45,748 nucleotides of DNA, taken from IMG/VR virus record IMGVR_UViG_3300045988_020540; one strand, 5' to 3'. This document shows positions 18,041 to 26,767 of this stretch, one piece after another (position 1 is the stretch's first letter; each line of letters opens with the position of its first letter). The translations under genes and the position numbers were made by a program. This DNA comes from a virus. The notes under the pieces are model-generated. The model was given only the letters and a program-made list of their open reading frames with translations, was not told the DNA's origin and searched no databases.

Positions 18041-18128
18041 TCTTACCTACTCCTTTCTGCTCCTTCTCTTTCTGCTCTCTTTTCCATCTCTCTACATAAC
18101 TTTCCATAGTTCTGCTCCTTTCTTACCT

Positions 18129-18231
18129 GTAGGGCTTGTAGGGTATTTTCGATTTTCGGTATAACTTTTCTTAGTAGGCGGTCTACTAGAGAAAGTTATA
18201 GCAAAATGATGAAATACCCTACATACCCTAC
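18129..18231. repeat. 103 bp nested imperfect palindrome between the primase-helicase gene and terS
   Basis: The outer arms, 18129..18148 (gtagggcttgtagggtattt) and 18212..18231, match at 18 of 20 positions. The inner arms, 18161..18177 (ataacttttcttagtag) and 18183..18199, match at 16 of 17 positions around the centre gcggt. Confidence 0.85.
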
Positions 18232-18233
18232 AA

Positions 18234-19715
18234 TTAACCTGTCGTTTTCATCATAATTCCGTAGTAAACAGCCACGCCACCACTCACGGACTTCTGCTCA
18301 TACCACTCAGGGTGTACCATCAACTCAGCATTGAACTTCTTCATGCTGCATACATAATAGCCGTTGCTCTTGCACCACAGCTTGTAATTATCATAAAGGG
18401 TCTTTGCTCTTGTCTTAACGTCATCCTGCTTCTGGCATTTCTCTTCAAGGTACTGCAATACCAGATCATTGTCTTTCTCATACTGCTTGACTACCTTCTG
18501 CATATTTGCTGACATTTTTAGACCAAACCTTCTGTACTTGAAGTACCCGGCAACCAACCATGTGAAGATACCACGCATTGCTTCCGGTGACTCAAAGTAG
18601 TCCTTCAAGCCTTTGTCCTGTTCGTCATCATTGAAGTGCCTGTTAAATTCAATAACACGCACACGATCAGAAGCAAACAAGGATTTATCTTTTACAGCAG
18701 GTAGGTCATTACAGGACAGCCACATTGTAAACTGCGGCTTGAAGGTAATTGCTGTCTGATACAACTCACGGGCGGTGATTTCTTCACCACCAGTAAGCTG
18801 CTTGATGACTGATTCATCCAACTTCCCGGCGGTGTCTGACTCACTCATAGTAACCATTCGCTTACCTTTCAGCTTTGCCAGTACCGGGCTTGCTGCTTCT
18901 GCGTTCTTTGCTCTGTCACCACGGCAGATCAGTTCTACAGGTGTGACAGTAGAGTAATCACCAAGCAAGTGCTGAATTGCATCAAGCATGGTGGACTTTC
19001 CGTTTCTGGTGGTCTTACCATGCAGGATAAACATACACTCTTCCTTAGATGTTCCAAGGATGGAGTAACCCAAGGCACGTTGCAGGTAGTCCGCTTTGTC
19101 TTTGTCGTTCTGCGTTACTTCCTTGATAAACTGTTCCCATCTGGCACACTTCTCTTTCTTCACACCGTATTCAAAATTGGTCTGCATTGTTAAGAAGTCA
19201 TCCCATTTATGCTCACGGAATGTCAATGATTCCAGATCATAAGTACCATTCTTACAGTTAATCAGGAATGGGTGCGTATCAAACTCTGCTGCTGCAATCT
19301 TCAAGTTATCGGCTGCGTCCTTCATGAGCCTGTCACGGAAACGCCTGTCACCCATCTTACCGACAAAAGCCATGTACTGCTTACGCTTATCTTCGTCCGG
19401 GATTTCTCCGCAGTAGAGTGCCATGATCCTGACAAACTCTTTGATCTTATTAGACACAAGCAATGATCCTACATCTTTCTGCCACTTACCGCCATCATAG
19501 GTGTACCATGACTTTGCTTCCGGACAGTACCGGGTGTCATGATCGTAACACTCTGAGAAAAGGTCAGCCATTCCCGCTTCATCCCAAGAGTACCCTGTAG
19601 AATCTTCCTGATAGGAAGTCTCAGGGTGATGTTCTTTGATGTATGTCAGCTTTTCTGAAATCTCTACCGATGTTACATAGCGTCCGTTAGACAACTGAAA
19701 TAATTCATCTTCCAT
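18234..19715 (-). CDS. P4-family / D5-like primase-helicase (SF3 NTPase)
   Basis: 493 aa. Walker A ILHGKTTRNGKST and the downstream layout are typical of the phage/plasmid primase P4-family C-terminal domain. Confidence 0.75.
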   Translation of the reverse strand: MEDELFQLSNGRYVTSVEISEKLTYIKEHHPETSYQEDSTGYSWDEAGMADLFSECYDHDTRYCPEAKSWYTYDGGKWQKDVGSLLVSNKIKEFVRIMALYCGEIPDEDKRKQYMAFVGKMGDRRFRDRLMKDAADNLKIAAAEFDTHPFLINCKNGTYDLESLTFREHKWDDFLTMQTNFEYGVKKEKCARWEQFIKEVTQNDKDKADYLQRALGYSILGTSKEECMFILHGKTTRNGKSTMLDAIQHLLGDYSTVTPVELICRGDRAKNAEAASPVLAKLKGKRMVTMSESDTAGKLDESVIKQLTGGEEITARELYQTAITFKPQFTMWLSCNDLPAVKDKSLFASDRVRVIEFNRHFNDDEQDKGLKDYFESPEAMRGIFTWLVAGYFKYRRFGLKMSANMQKVVKQYEKDNDLVLQYLEEKCQKQDDVKTRAKTLYDNYKLWCKSNGYYVCSMKKFNAELMVHPEWYEQKSVSGGVAVYYGIMMKTTG

Positions 19716-19914
19716 TCTTTCTCACCTCCTTCTGCTTATCTCTTAGCATAATTGCTCTCTTTACTTCTTTGTCGGTATCTTTTACCGTTCTTCCACTGGC
19801 ACATTTTACACATTTGACACGCCATCCACCTTTATGTCTTTCAAAGTGTCCGTAGCCTGTGGGAACGTAAGCACCGCAACAGTAACAATATCCGGGGTAT
19901 CTGTTTCTTGCCAT
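19705..19914 (-). CDS. Small zinc-ribbon protein
   Basis: 69 aa with the Cys pairs CYCC and CVKC. Confidence 0.5.
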   Translation of the reverse strand: MARNRYPGYCYCCGAYVPTGYGHFERHKGGWRVKCVKCASGRTVKDTDKEVKRAIMLRDKQKEVRKNGR

Positions 19915-19918
19915 TTAA

Positions 19919-20701
19919 TTATCTCCTGTATCTGCTTATGCTTTCTGCAATGATCTGTAGTTCTCTGTCTGGAAGCGGTGCCTTGCACACTTCTTTGTTG
20001 ACTCTCTGCAATTCCTGATAAATCTGCATCGGAGTGTACCCAGTGTTGTGCAAGGCACCTGCCAGACTGGTAAGAGAAATGTTTCTGCCACCGTCCGGGA
20101 TTTCCGGGTAGTCCGGTCTGATAAAGATTCTGCCGCCCGCAGGCTTCGGAAACTTAGGAGAATAGATACGCTGTACCATGCTTGAATTGTTCCCGGTCTT
20201 TTCAGTCTCTTTGAAATACTTCTCCACTACATAGTCAATAGCTTCCTGATTATCAATAATCTCAGGGAAGATCAGCACCTTCCCGGTCATAATGAAGAAC
20301 CTTCTTGCCTGATAGATTTCTACGCCTGCAAGATTGTTCTTACCTGAGAACGGCAGCTTGCCACGCATGAGGATATGTACTCCACGTCCACTCCGGGACT
20401 TCTCTGTGTATGAGTGGCAGGCTTGCATAATATCTGCACACAGCGGAGTCATAAGACCGTCCTCAAAGCCTGCATCAATGTCAATGCCTACAATGTTCTG
20501 ATCGGCAAAGACATAACCAATGTGGTCATAGTGTCCGTTCTCCACCGCCCACTCAGCCTGCTCAAAAGTAGACCAAGTGTCCGGTGCGGTGGATGAAGCG
20601 GCTTTTCTTTCAAATGCTCTCATGGGAACTTTTGAACCGTCCCAAGCACACACCCACTGATTCTGATTCTTTAATTCTTCTGGTATTCTGGAATAGTCCA
20701 T
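19919..20701 (-). CDS. Prim-Pol (archaeo-eukaryotic primase-like) domain protein
   Basis: 260 aa. GIDIDAG and SRSGRGVHIL motifs resemble the catalytic motifs of bifunctional primase-polymerases. It lies directly upstream of the helicase partner. Confidence 0.6.
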   Translation of the reverse strand: MDYSRIPEELKNQNQWVCAWDGSKVPMRAFERKAASSTAPDTWSTFEQAEWAVENGHYDHIGYVFADQNIVGIDIDAGFEDGLMTPLCADIMQACHSYTEKSRSGRGVHILMRGKLPFSGKNNLAGVEIYQARRFFIMTGKVLIFPEIIDNQEAIDYVVEKYFKETEKTGNNSSMVQRIYSPKFPKPAGGRIFIRPDYPEIPDGGRNISLTSLAGALHNTGYTPMQIYQELQRVNKEVCKAPLPDRELQIIAESISRYRR

Positions 20702-20716
20702 CTGTTCCCACGCTCC

Positions 20717-21397
20717 TTACTCTGTAATCAATTCGCTGTGTGGTAGTGATTCGATGAAATGACAGAACGTATGCCATTCATCAAGTTTATGGTTTCTTCG
20801 TGCATGATAGATGTTCTTCAACACTGCATAATTAAGCTGCACGGTACGCTTCTGGTTGTAAGATGACGGCAAAAGCTGAATCATCTGCCACCAGTCACGC
20901 TTGTCCTTCTGACTAAGGAAGTCCAGTCTTGCATTGTTCAGTGCATCCACTACCATCTTCATGATAATAAGATTGGTCTGAGACAGGTGATCCGTGGAGA
21001 AATCTTCCAAGGTAAACTCTTTTGCCTGAATCTTGTGCATTGTGCTACACGAATTTGCGACTGTACCCACCTTGTAGGTGTCAAATTCTTTCCACCAATA
21101 GAGAGGTGCTTCCAAGTCCGCTGTGACGTTAATCATTCTCAGGAACTTCCCATGATCGTTACCTGCTGCCGTAAGTTTCTTCATGAGAGAGAGGTCATTT
21201 TCTCCTACTGCATAACAAGCAAATTCGGAACAATCATGTTCTTTCGGATGACAAATGCCTTCACGATCAATAATCCCGCATTTTCCACAATCTACAGCAG
21301 GATAACTGTCTGATTTATCCCATGAGTTCATAGGATTTCTCATACCTCTAATTGCAGCTTCCCACCCGTAGGTTTCTGCCTTTGAAATTTTAATCAT
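20717..21397 (-). CDS. Hypothetical protein with weak resemblance to ThyX-type thymidylate synthases
   Basis: 226 aa ORF next to nucleotide-metabolism genes. The N-terminal AAIRGMRNP...S resembles ThyX, but I cannot find the RHRxxS signature. Confidence 0.3.
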   Translation of the reverse strand: MIKISKAETYGWEAAIRGMRNPMNSWDKSDSYPAVDCGKCGIIDREGICHPKEHDCSEFACYAVGENDLSLMKKLTAAGNDHGKFLRMINVTADLEAPLYWWKEFDTYKVGTVANSCSTMHKIQAKEFTLEDFSTDHLSQTNLIIMKMVVDALNNARLDFLSQKDKRDWWQMIQLLPSSYNQKRTVQLNYAVLKNIYHARRNHKLDEWHTFCHFIESLPHSELITE

Positions 21398-21794
21398 AAT
21401 TCATACCATCCCTTCTGCGAACTCTCATGTAGTCTTTGTAGTCCAGACCATTCATCTTCGCTGCTGTATGCAATGCTCTCTTCTTTGTGCCGTATGTGCC
21501 GGGGATAGGCTCTTTACAGCCTACCTCCGTGACATACCATCTACAGCTACCGTGTTCTTTGTGTACTTCGTACTTCATAACCATAGTCTTTGCTTTCCTT
21601 TCCAATCGGTTAATAACCTGTTCGGGATCAAGGTCACAAAGGGAATGAAACCATTGTGACCGGAAGAACCTTCGGCACTCGTTCACGTTACAATCTGTAG
21701 TCGGTGACTTAAAGTCCGTCAGTAAGTCAACGTAATCAATCGCAGCTTGCTCTATGATCCCGAACCTGAGATTATCAATCCCTTTATCAGTCAT
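21390..21794 (-). CDS. Hypothetical protein
   Basis: 134 aa ORF, translationally coupled to its neighbours. Confidence 0.6.
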   Translation of the reverse strand: MTDKGIDNLRFGIIEQAAIDYVDLLTDFKSPTTDCNVNECRRFFRSQWFHSLCDLDPEQVINRLERKAKTMVMKYEVHKEHGSCRWYVTEVGCKEPIPGTYGTKKRALHTAAKMNGLDYKDYMRVRRRDGMNYD

Positions 21795-21808
21795 ACCTTA
21801 ACCCTCCA

Positions 21809-23935
21809 TTACATTGACTTTCTCTCAGCAATCTCAGCCATTTTTGCAGCGTTCAGACGGGTATCACCGTGAACTCTACTGTAGGACAGATAGCCATTCA
21901 TTCTGTCAATCTTCGTGAGGTTGGTACTGCCACACACCGGGCACACATCCATCTCTAACTCTTCATGACCGCAATCATCACAGTATGCCAGAGACAGGTT
22001 GACTCCTTCGTAATAGCCTAACTCCATGGCTCTGCACACCAGAGTCTTGACGGCGTTCCGGTTGTAGCTGATCGGATATCTCACATACTGAATCTTGCCA
22101 CCGTTGCAGAGATTCCAGAAACGTCCTTCCAAGTCTTGCTTCTGAATCGGTGTGATATCTTCTGTGACGTGACAGTGAAAGCTATTGCTTACATACGGTC
22201 TGTCAGACACATTCTTAATCACTCCATACTTCTTTCTGAACTGCTCCACCTGCAAACCACAAAGGCTCTCAGCAGGTGTGCCGTAGATTGCATAGAGCCA
22301 TCCGTCAGCTTCCTTGTACTCATTGACCTTATCGTTGATGTGCTGCATGACTTCCAGTGCAAATGCACCATCTTCCGCAATGGACTTTCCATTGTAAAGT
22401 TCCTGCAACTCATTGAGTGCTGTGATTCCGAAAGATGCCGTCATAGGTTTGAGAAGTGATTTAATCTTGTCCGAAGGTTTCAGACGCCCTCCGTAGAAAC
22501 CACCTTCACAATAGGCAATCGGGTTGGTACTGGCTTTCATCTCTCCAAGGTATTCATAAGTACGCTTGTGAATATTGCGGATCATTTCAAGGTAGAAGTC
22601 CAAAACCTCATAGAAGTCCTTACCCTCTTCTCTTGCTTTCGCAAGAATCATAGGCAGATGCAGACTCACTGCACCAATATTGAAACGTCCTTCAAAGATA
22701 GGCTTATCATCTTCGTCTGCCGGGTGCATACCGCCACGCTCATACCACGGACTAAGGAAAGCACGGCAACCCATAGGGCTTACCACTCTGCCATATTTCT
22801 TGTACATCTCAGCCACATAACCGTCACCTGTAAGAGACAGCCAGTCAGGGTACATAGTCTTGCAGCTACAGTCAATCCCGGCTTCAAATACATCTTCGTT
22901 GATACAGCCTTCACCGTGAAGATTCTTGTCATACAGGAATACCAGTTTAGGGAAAAGGACTGGCTTCTTATTTCCCTGCTTACCCTCACCTGTCATGTGA
23001 ACACGCAAGAAAGTCTTGCTTGCCATTTTACCGAAACGATCCGTAGCCAGACCGAAGGTCATAGTGATAAATGGATAGTCACCACGGGATGATCCCACAG
23101 TGTTCAGCTTCATTTCAATTCCTTGAAATCCCTGTTCAAAATCTCTTTCTACCTTCTGCATAGCCCATTCATGAACTTCCTGCGTGAAGGTCTGCTGATT
23201 GCGAATTTCCATGTATTCATCCACATACTTCTTATAAGATTTCTCAGCGTAAGGTGCTGCCAACTTGTCAACTTCCGGTACTGTAAATCCTCCGTACTGC
23301 TGACTTGCGGTTGCGAGGATGATATCACCCAGTACATCAAAGAACACATCAAGCGTTTTCGGTTCGTTGTACCAGATATTCCCCATCTCAAAGCCACCCT
23401 TCATAACCTCATTGACTCTGAACAGGCAACAGTTCATAGTGTCCAGTCTTGCGGACTGATCGTGAATGTAAATGTAACCGTCCCGGCAAGCCTGCAACTC
23501 TTCCTGAGTCATGAAGAACTTACGGTACAGACGCTTATTCAGTTCGTTGAAGATCAAGCAACGCTTTGTAGCCACCAGTGCTGAGTCCGTGTTTGCGTTC
23601 TCTTTATCTCCCTGAAATCTAACAACCTGCGATTTCTGGAATACCCTGTCTAACACATGAACAAAGTCCTGCTTATAGTTTCTGTAGTTACGATAGGATG
23701 TAGCAATCCGTGGATCGTACTTATCAAGTACCTGTTCCACAATATTGTGCATCACGGCAACCGGGATATCAGTAAGTCCTTTTTCTTCGATCACTTCCAG
23801 TACCGAACCAACGATTTCATGAAATGCTGTATCATCCAGTGTAATCATGACTCTGGAAGCAGACTTGTTGACAGCGTTTACGATCTTTTCACCGTCAAAC
23901 TCTTCCAGTGTTCCGTCTTTCTTAATTACTTTCAT
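21809..23935 (-). CDS. nrdD: Anaerobic ribonucleoside-triphosphate reductase
   Basis: N-terminal ATP-cone (MKVIKKDGTLEEFDGEKI), a C-terminal Zn site (CDDCGHE...CPVCGS) and a glycyl-radical motif (RMNGYLS). I prefer the start at 23935 because of the AAAGGAG RBS. Confidence 0.9.
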   Translation of the reverse strand: MKVIKKDGTLEEFDGEKIVNAVNKSASRVMITLDDTAFHEIVGSVLEVIEEKGLTDIPVAVMHNIVEQVLDKYDPRIATSYRNYRNYKQDFVHVLDRVFQKSQVVRFQGDKENANTDSALVATKRCLIFNELNKRLYRKFFMTQEELQACRDGYIYIHDQSARLDTMNCCLFRVNEVMKGGFEMGNIWYNEPKTLDVFFDVLGDIILATASQQYGGFTVPEVDKLAAPYAEKSYKKYVDEYMEIRNQQTFTQEVHEWAMQKVERDFEQGFQGIEMKLNTVGSSRGDYPFITMTFGLATDRFGKMASKTFLRVHMTGEGKQGNKKPVLFPKLVFLYDKNLHGEGCINEDVFEAGIDCSCKTMYPDWLSLTGDGYVAEMYKKYGRVVSPMGCRAFLSPWYERGGMHPADEDDKPIFEGRFNIGAVSLHLPMILAKAREEGKDFYEVLDFYLEMIRNIHKRTYEYLGEMKASTNPIAYCEGGFYGGRLKPSDKIKSLLKPMTASFGITALNELQELYNGKSIAEDGAFALEVMQHINDKVNEYKEADGWLYAIYGTPAESLCGLQVEQFRKKYGVIKNVSDRPYVSNSFHCHVTEDITPIQKQDLEGRFWNLCNGGKIQYVRYPISYNRNAVKTLVCRAMELGYYEGVNLSLAYCDDCGHEELEMDVCPVCGSTNLTKIDRMNGYLSYSRVHGDTRLNAAKMAEIAERKSM

Positions 23936-24428
23936 GTAAGACCACTTCTCCTTTCTGTAATGATTTTTGTACGTCAATCACTCTCTGATTGGTACTGCCC
24001 GCCCAGTGATAATTGACATCCTTCAACTCTTCTTCAAAGCGTCCATCCACCAGTACGTCTGCATACTTGACTGCTGCAAGCAGATATTTGTTTGCAAGAA
24101 TCTGTTCCCATGTATACCCGGTGTAGACCCATATTGTTTTCTTCGGAAATCTCTTCTGTACTGCTTTCATGATGGAGAATACTGCTCCACGGTTCTGCGG
24201 GTGAAGCGGATCACCCCCGGAGAAAGTAATACCTGCCACATACGGTTTTTCCAGTGCTTTCATGATTTCATTAAAAGCTCTCTTATCAAACACCAAACCG
24301 TCATCAGGATTCCATGTAACCGGATTCTGACAGCCCTTGCAGTGATGTTCACATCCTGCAACCCAGAGCACTACCCGGAGTCCGTCACCGTTATTCATGT
24401 CATCCTGAGTAATGTTGTGATATCGCAT
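23922..24428 (-). CDS. nrdG: Anaerobic RNR activating enzyme (radical SAM)
   Basis: 168 aa with the CEHHCKGC (CxxxCxxC) cluster, directly upstream of nrdD. Confidence 0.85.
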   Translation of the reverse strand: MRYHNITQDDMNNGDGLRVVLWVAGCEHHCKGCQNPVTWNPDDGLVFDKRAFNEIMKALEKPYVAGITFSGGDPLHPQNRGAVFSIMKAVQKRFPKKTIWVYTGYTWEQILANKYLLAAVKYADVLVDGRFEEELKDVNYHWAGSTNQRVIDVQKSLQKGEVVLHESN

Positions 24429-24763
24429 TAGATATCTCCCGGCTTACGATGCAGAGAATTTTCTACTGTAAACCCTTCTGGGTAACGGGCTTTCAGCTTG
24501 TCAATATTCATCTGCATGACTGTATCAATATCCGTTCCCAGTGCATTACACGCTTCTGCGATCATCCAGAGACAGTCACCAAGTTCCTTTTCCATGTGTT
24601 CAAGGTTCACTTCATGTCCCTGATATTTCTTCTGCAAGATTCCTGCAACCTCTCCTGCTTCACTGTTCAGACCGAACACGGCATGAAACAGTCTATCTTC
24701 TTTCTGATCGTAAGGAATACTGCAAGTTCTAATTGCAAGTTCCTGATATTCTTTACCTGTCAT
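24428..24763 (-). CDS. MazG-like nucleotide pyrophosphohydrolase
   Basis: 111 aa. The motifs GLNSEAGEVAGILQKK and ELGDCLWMIA are typical of the MazG fold. Confidence 0.75.
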   Translation of the reverse strand: MTGKEYQELAIRTCSIPYDQKEDRLFHAVFGLNSEAGEVAGILQKKYQGHEVNLEHMEKELGDCLWMIAEACNALGTDIDTVMQMNIDKLKARYPEGFTVENSLHRKPGDI

Positions 24764-24776
24764 GATTTAGTCCTCC

Positions 24777-25046
24777 TTATTCCTGTGTGATACAGGTGTT
24801 GGTGAGTTTGCCGTAAACATCCTCATACATCTCCTGCTTATCTCCGTTAAAAGTATACTCAGCGTAAATACCATCACCACTGATTGTGGTAGATGCAAGG
24901 CATTTGTAATTCTGTAAAGTCTTGCAAGACCAGACTACAAACACATTGCTCATATCAATGTCAACTTCCGGTCTATTCTTGTGATACCATTCCACCAGTT
25001 TTCTCTTGCATACACTCTGAAAGTGATCCATACCTGTAATAATCAT
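24777..25046 (-). CDS. Hypothetical protein
   Basis: 89 aa ORF with an RBS. Confidence 0.6.
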   Translation of the reverse strand: MIITGMDHFQSVCKRKLVEWYHKNRPEVDIDMSNVFVVWSCKTLQNYKCLASTTISGDGIYAEYTFNGDKQEMYEDVYGKLTNTCITQE

Positions 25047-25049
25047 GAT

Positions 25050-25181
25050 TTAGTCCTCCTGTTTCCACTCTTCTTTAGTCGGTGCTTCCTTATCTTCTCT
25101 ACCTGCACCAATAACTGCTACACAGATCAGGAAAATCTGACCTGTAATAAAACCTCCGATAAATCCAAGTAATGCTCCCAT
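25050..25181 (-). CDS. Small membrane protein (43 aa), not in the ORF track
   Basis: My translation is MGALLGFIGGFITGQIFLICVAVIGAGREDKEAPTKEEWKQED. The RBS AAGGAGA lies 7 nt upstream of the ATG at 25181. Confidence 0.5.
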   Translation of the reverse strand: MGALLGFIGGFITGQIFLICVAVIGAGREDKEAPTKEEWKQED

Positions 25182-25193
25182 AGTAATTTCTCC

Positions 25194-25577
25194 TTAATCC
25201 TTGTGAGTAACTTTGACACCGTATTCAGGAAGGAAGTTGATTTCATAATGGTACTTGTCAACATTTGCACCGGAAATATCTTCCACTACATACATCGTGT
25301 CATCGTTCAGATATACAAAATGTTTCTGATACTTGCCATCTCCAACCTCACAGATAACTTCCAGTTCGTTGTCTGAATTATTGCTGAGAGAAAATGTACC
25401 TTCCATTTCAAGCAAGATCGTATCGGTTCTGGCATTGATTACGGTCAGTTTACGGGTTACATTGAAGTTGTCAGCTTCCTTACCGATGTTATACGAAACC
25501 TGCTCAGATTCCGTACATCCTGTCATAAGCACTGCCACCATAAGTGTAGCAATCACTACAGCAACTACTTTCTTCAT
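25194..25577 (-). CDS. Lipoprotein (signal peptide plus lipobox)
   Basis: MKKVVAVVIATLMVAVLMTGC matches a type II signal peptide with the lipobox LMTGC. Confidence 0.7.
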   Translation of the reverse strand: MKKVVAVVIATLMVAVLMTGCTESEQVSYNIGKEADNFNVTRKLTVINARTDTILLEMEGTFSLSNNSDNELEVICEVGDGKYQKHFVYLNDDTMYVVEDISGANVDKYHYEINFLPEYGVKVTHKD

Positions 25578-25589
25578 AGTGCTTCCTCC

Positions 25590-26129
25590 TTAAATACCTT
25601 TGATTCTGGCAGCCATCATATCTGCCGTGTGAGTCCACAAGACGTTAGGGAATTTCTCAATAGCCTTTCCGTACTTGTCCCAGTTTTCCTTGTCATCGAA
25701 CGCTCCCATATGCCATCTGATACACGCTTTCTCTTCCTCAGTTACGCCAATCTCATTCGCTGCCAGAAGTACCAAAGACTTCTCAGCATGACCGGGAATG
25801 GTGACATTCGGATTGTAGCTGTACGTTCCATCTCCGTTGTGAATGTAGTTATCACACTTGCAGAGATCATGAAACATACCCACAACATAAGGACTCTTCT
25901 TGCTGTTCCAGTGAAGTTTCAGGTGTTTGGTAAGATGCAGCAGACTCTTAGTCACTTCAAGGGAATGATCGAACAAACCACCTTCATAATTGCCGTGATA
26001 CTTCGTGGAAGCAGGGGCAGTGAAATAACCCATCCGTCTGAAAATAGCTACAAAGTAGTCCACCTCTTCCTTGCTGAACGCCTGACCCATCAGGGACTTG
26101 AAAATCTTAATTCTTTCGTTCGTGTTCAT
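25590..26129 (-). CDS. HD-domain phosphohydrolase
   Basis: H...HD pattern (KYHGNYEGGLFDHSLEV, GMFHDLCK). I prefer the start at 26129 (MNTNER) because of the GGAGG RBS. Confidence 0.7.
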   Translation of the reverse strand: MNTNERIKIFKSLMGQAFSKEEVDYFVAIFRRMGYFTAPASTKYHGNYEGGLFDHSLEVTKSLLHLTKHLKLHWNSKKSPYVVGMFHDLCKCDNYIHNGDGTYSYNPNVTIPGHAEKSLVLLAANEIGVTEEEKACIRWHMGAFDDKENWDKYGKAIEKFPNVLWTHTADMMAARIKGI

Positions 26130-26177
26130 CTTCAATCCTCCATTTTGAGAATATTTTAATATAACCATTGGAGAGTT

Positions 26178-26192
26178 TGAGATAACATCTCT
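26178..26192. repeat. Left arm of a 15 bp perfect inverted repeat flanking gene 26214..26708
   Basis: tgagataacatctct is the exact reverse complement of 26745..26759. It contains the internal palindrome GAGAT-AAC-ATCTC. Confidence 0.85.
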
Positions 26193-26213
26193 CCCTCTCC
26201 GCAGGTCACTTAC

Positions 26214-26708
26214 TTAACCAAGCAGACTGCCAAGATCAAATGCCGCAGGTTTCTTACCTTCCTGCTTTGCAGGTTCAGCCTGTGCAGGCTTGCTCTGCTT
26301 CGGTGCTGCCGGGGCAGCTTCCTCTTCATCAAATCCATAAGCCGCTTCCTTGTCACCCAGTCTTGCAAATTTGAGCATCTTGCCCGGTGTTTTGTTGCTC
26401 TCGACTTCCTCATGCTCAACTTCACAGCGGATAAAGTGTCCAACCAACTCCTGATCGTCAATGTCCTTCACAGTGAAGTCATCCAGTGCCGTTTTAGCAA
26501 AATAGCTGAACGCATTAAGACCGCCCTGATTCGGTTCACCGTCTTTATTCAGGAGAGAAAATCTCTCGATATGCTTCTGACCCTTTGCGGTCTGCATAAC
26601 CACTTCCATCTTACCGAAGTCCTCTTTGTAGTTGACCTCAGTAATCTTGAATACATGAGTTCCTTCCGGGATCAGTGTAAATCCCTCTGTAAGTCCAATC
26701 TTTGCCAT
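26214..26708 (-). CDS. DUF669-like putative single-stranded DNA-binding protein
   Basis: 164 aa. The N-terminal FTLIPEGTHVFKITEV pattern, a low-complexity acidic/Pro-rich tail, and adjacency to the exonuclease and Erf genes support the call. Confidence 0.5.
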   Translation of the reverse strand: MAKIGLTEGFTLIPEGTHVFKITEVNYKEDFGKMEVVMQTAKGQKHIERFSLLNKDGEPNQGGLNAFSYFAKTALDDFTVKDIDDQELVGHFIRCEVEHEEVESNKTPGKMLKFARLGDKEAAYGFDEEEAAPAAPKQSKPAQAEPAKQEGKKPAAFDLGSLLG

Positions 26709-26744
26709 TGTAATAGTCCTCCTTAAAATGTAATATTTATATTC

Positions 26745-26759
26745 AGAGATGTTATCTCA
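26745..26759. repeat. Right arm of the 15 bp perfect inverted repeat
   Basis: agagatgttatctca is the reverse complement of 26178..26192. Confidence 0.85.
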
Positions 26760-26767
26760 TGAATGGC

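Noticed and set aside
18041-18120. A 48 aa ORF (MESYVERWKREQKEKEQ...) with a good RBS, overlapping the terS start in another frame.
   Set aside because: It is a low-complexity Lys/Glu/Gln sequence generated by the purine-rich terS leader. I cannot tell it apart from a chance ORF. It might matter only if terS translation is regulated by coupling.
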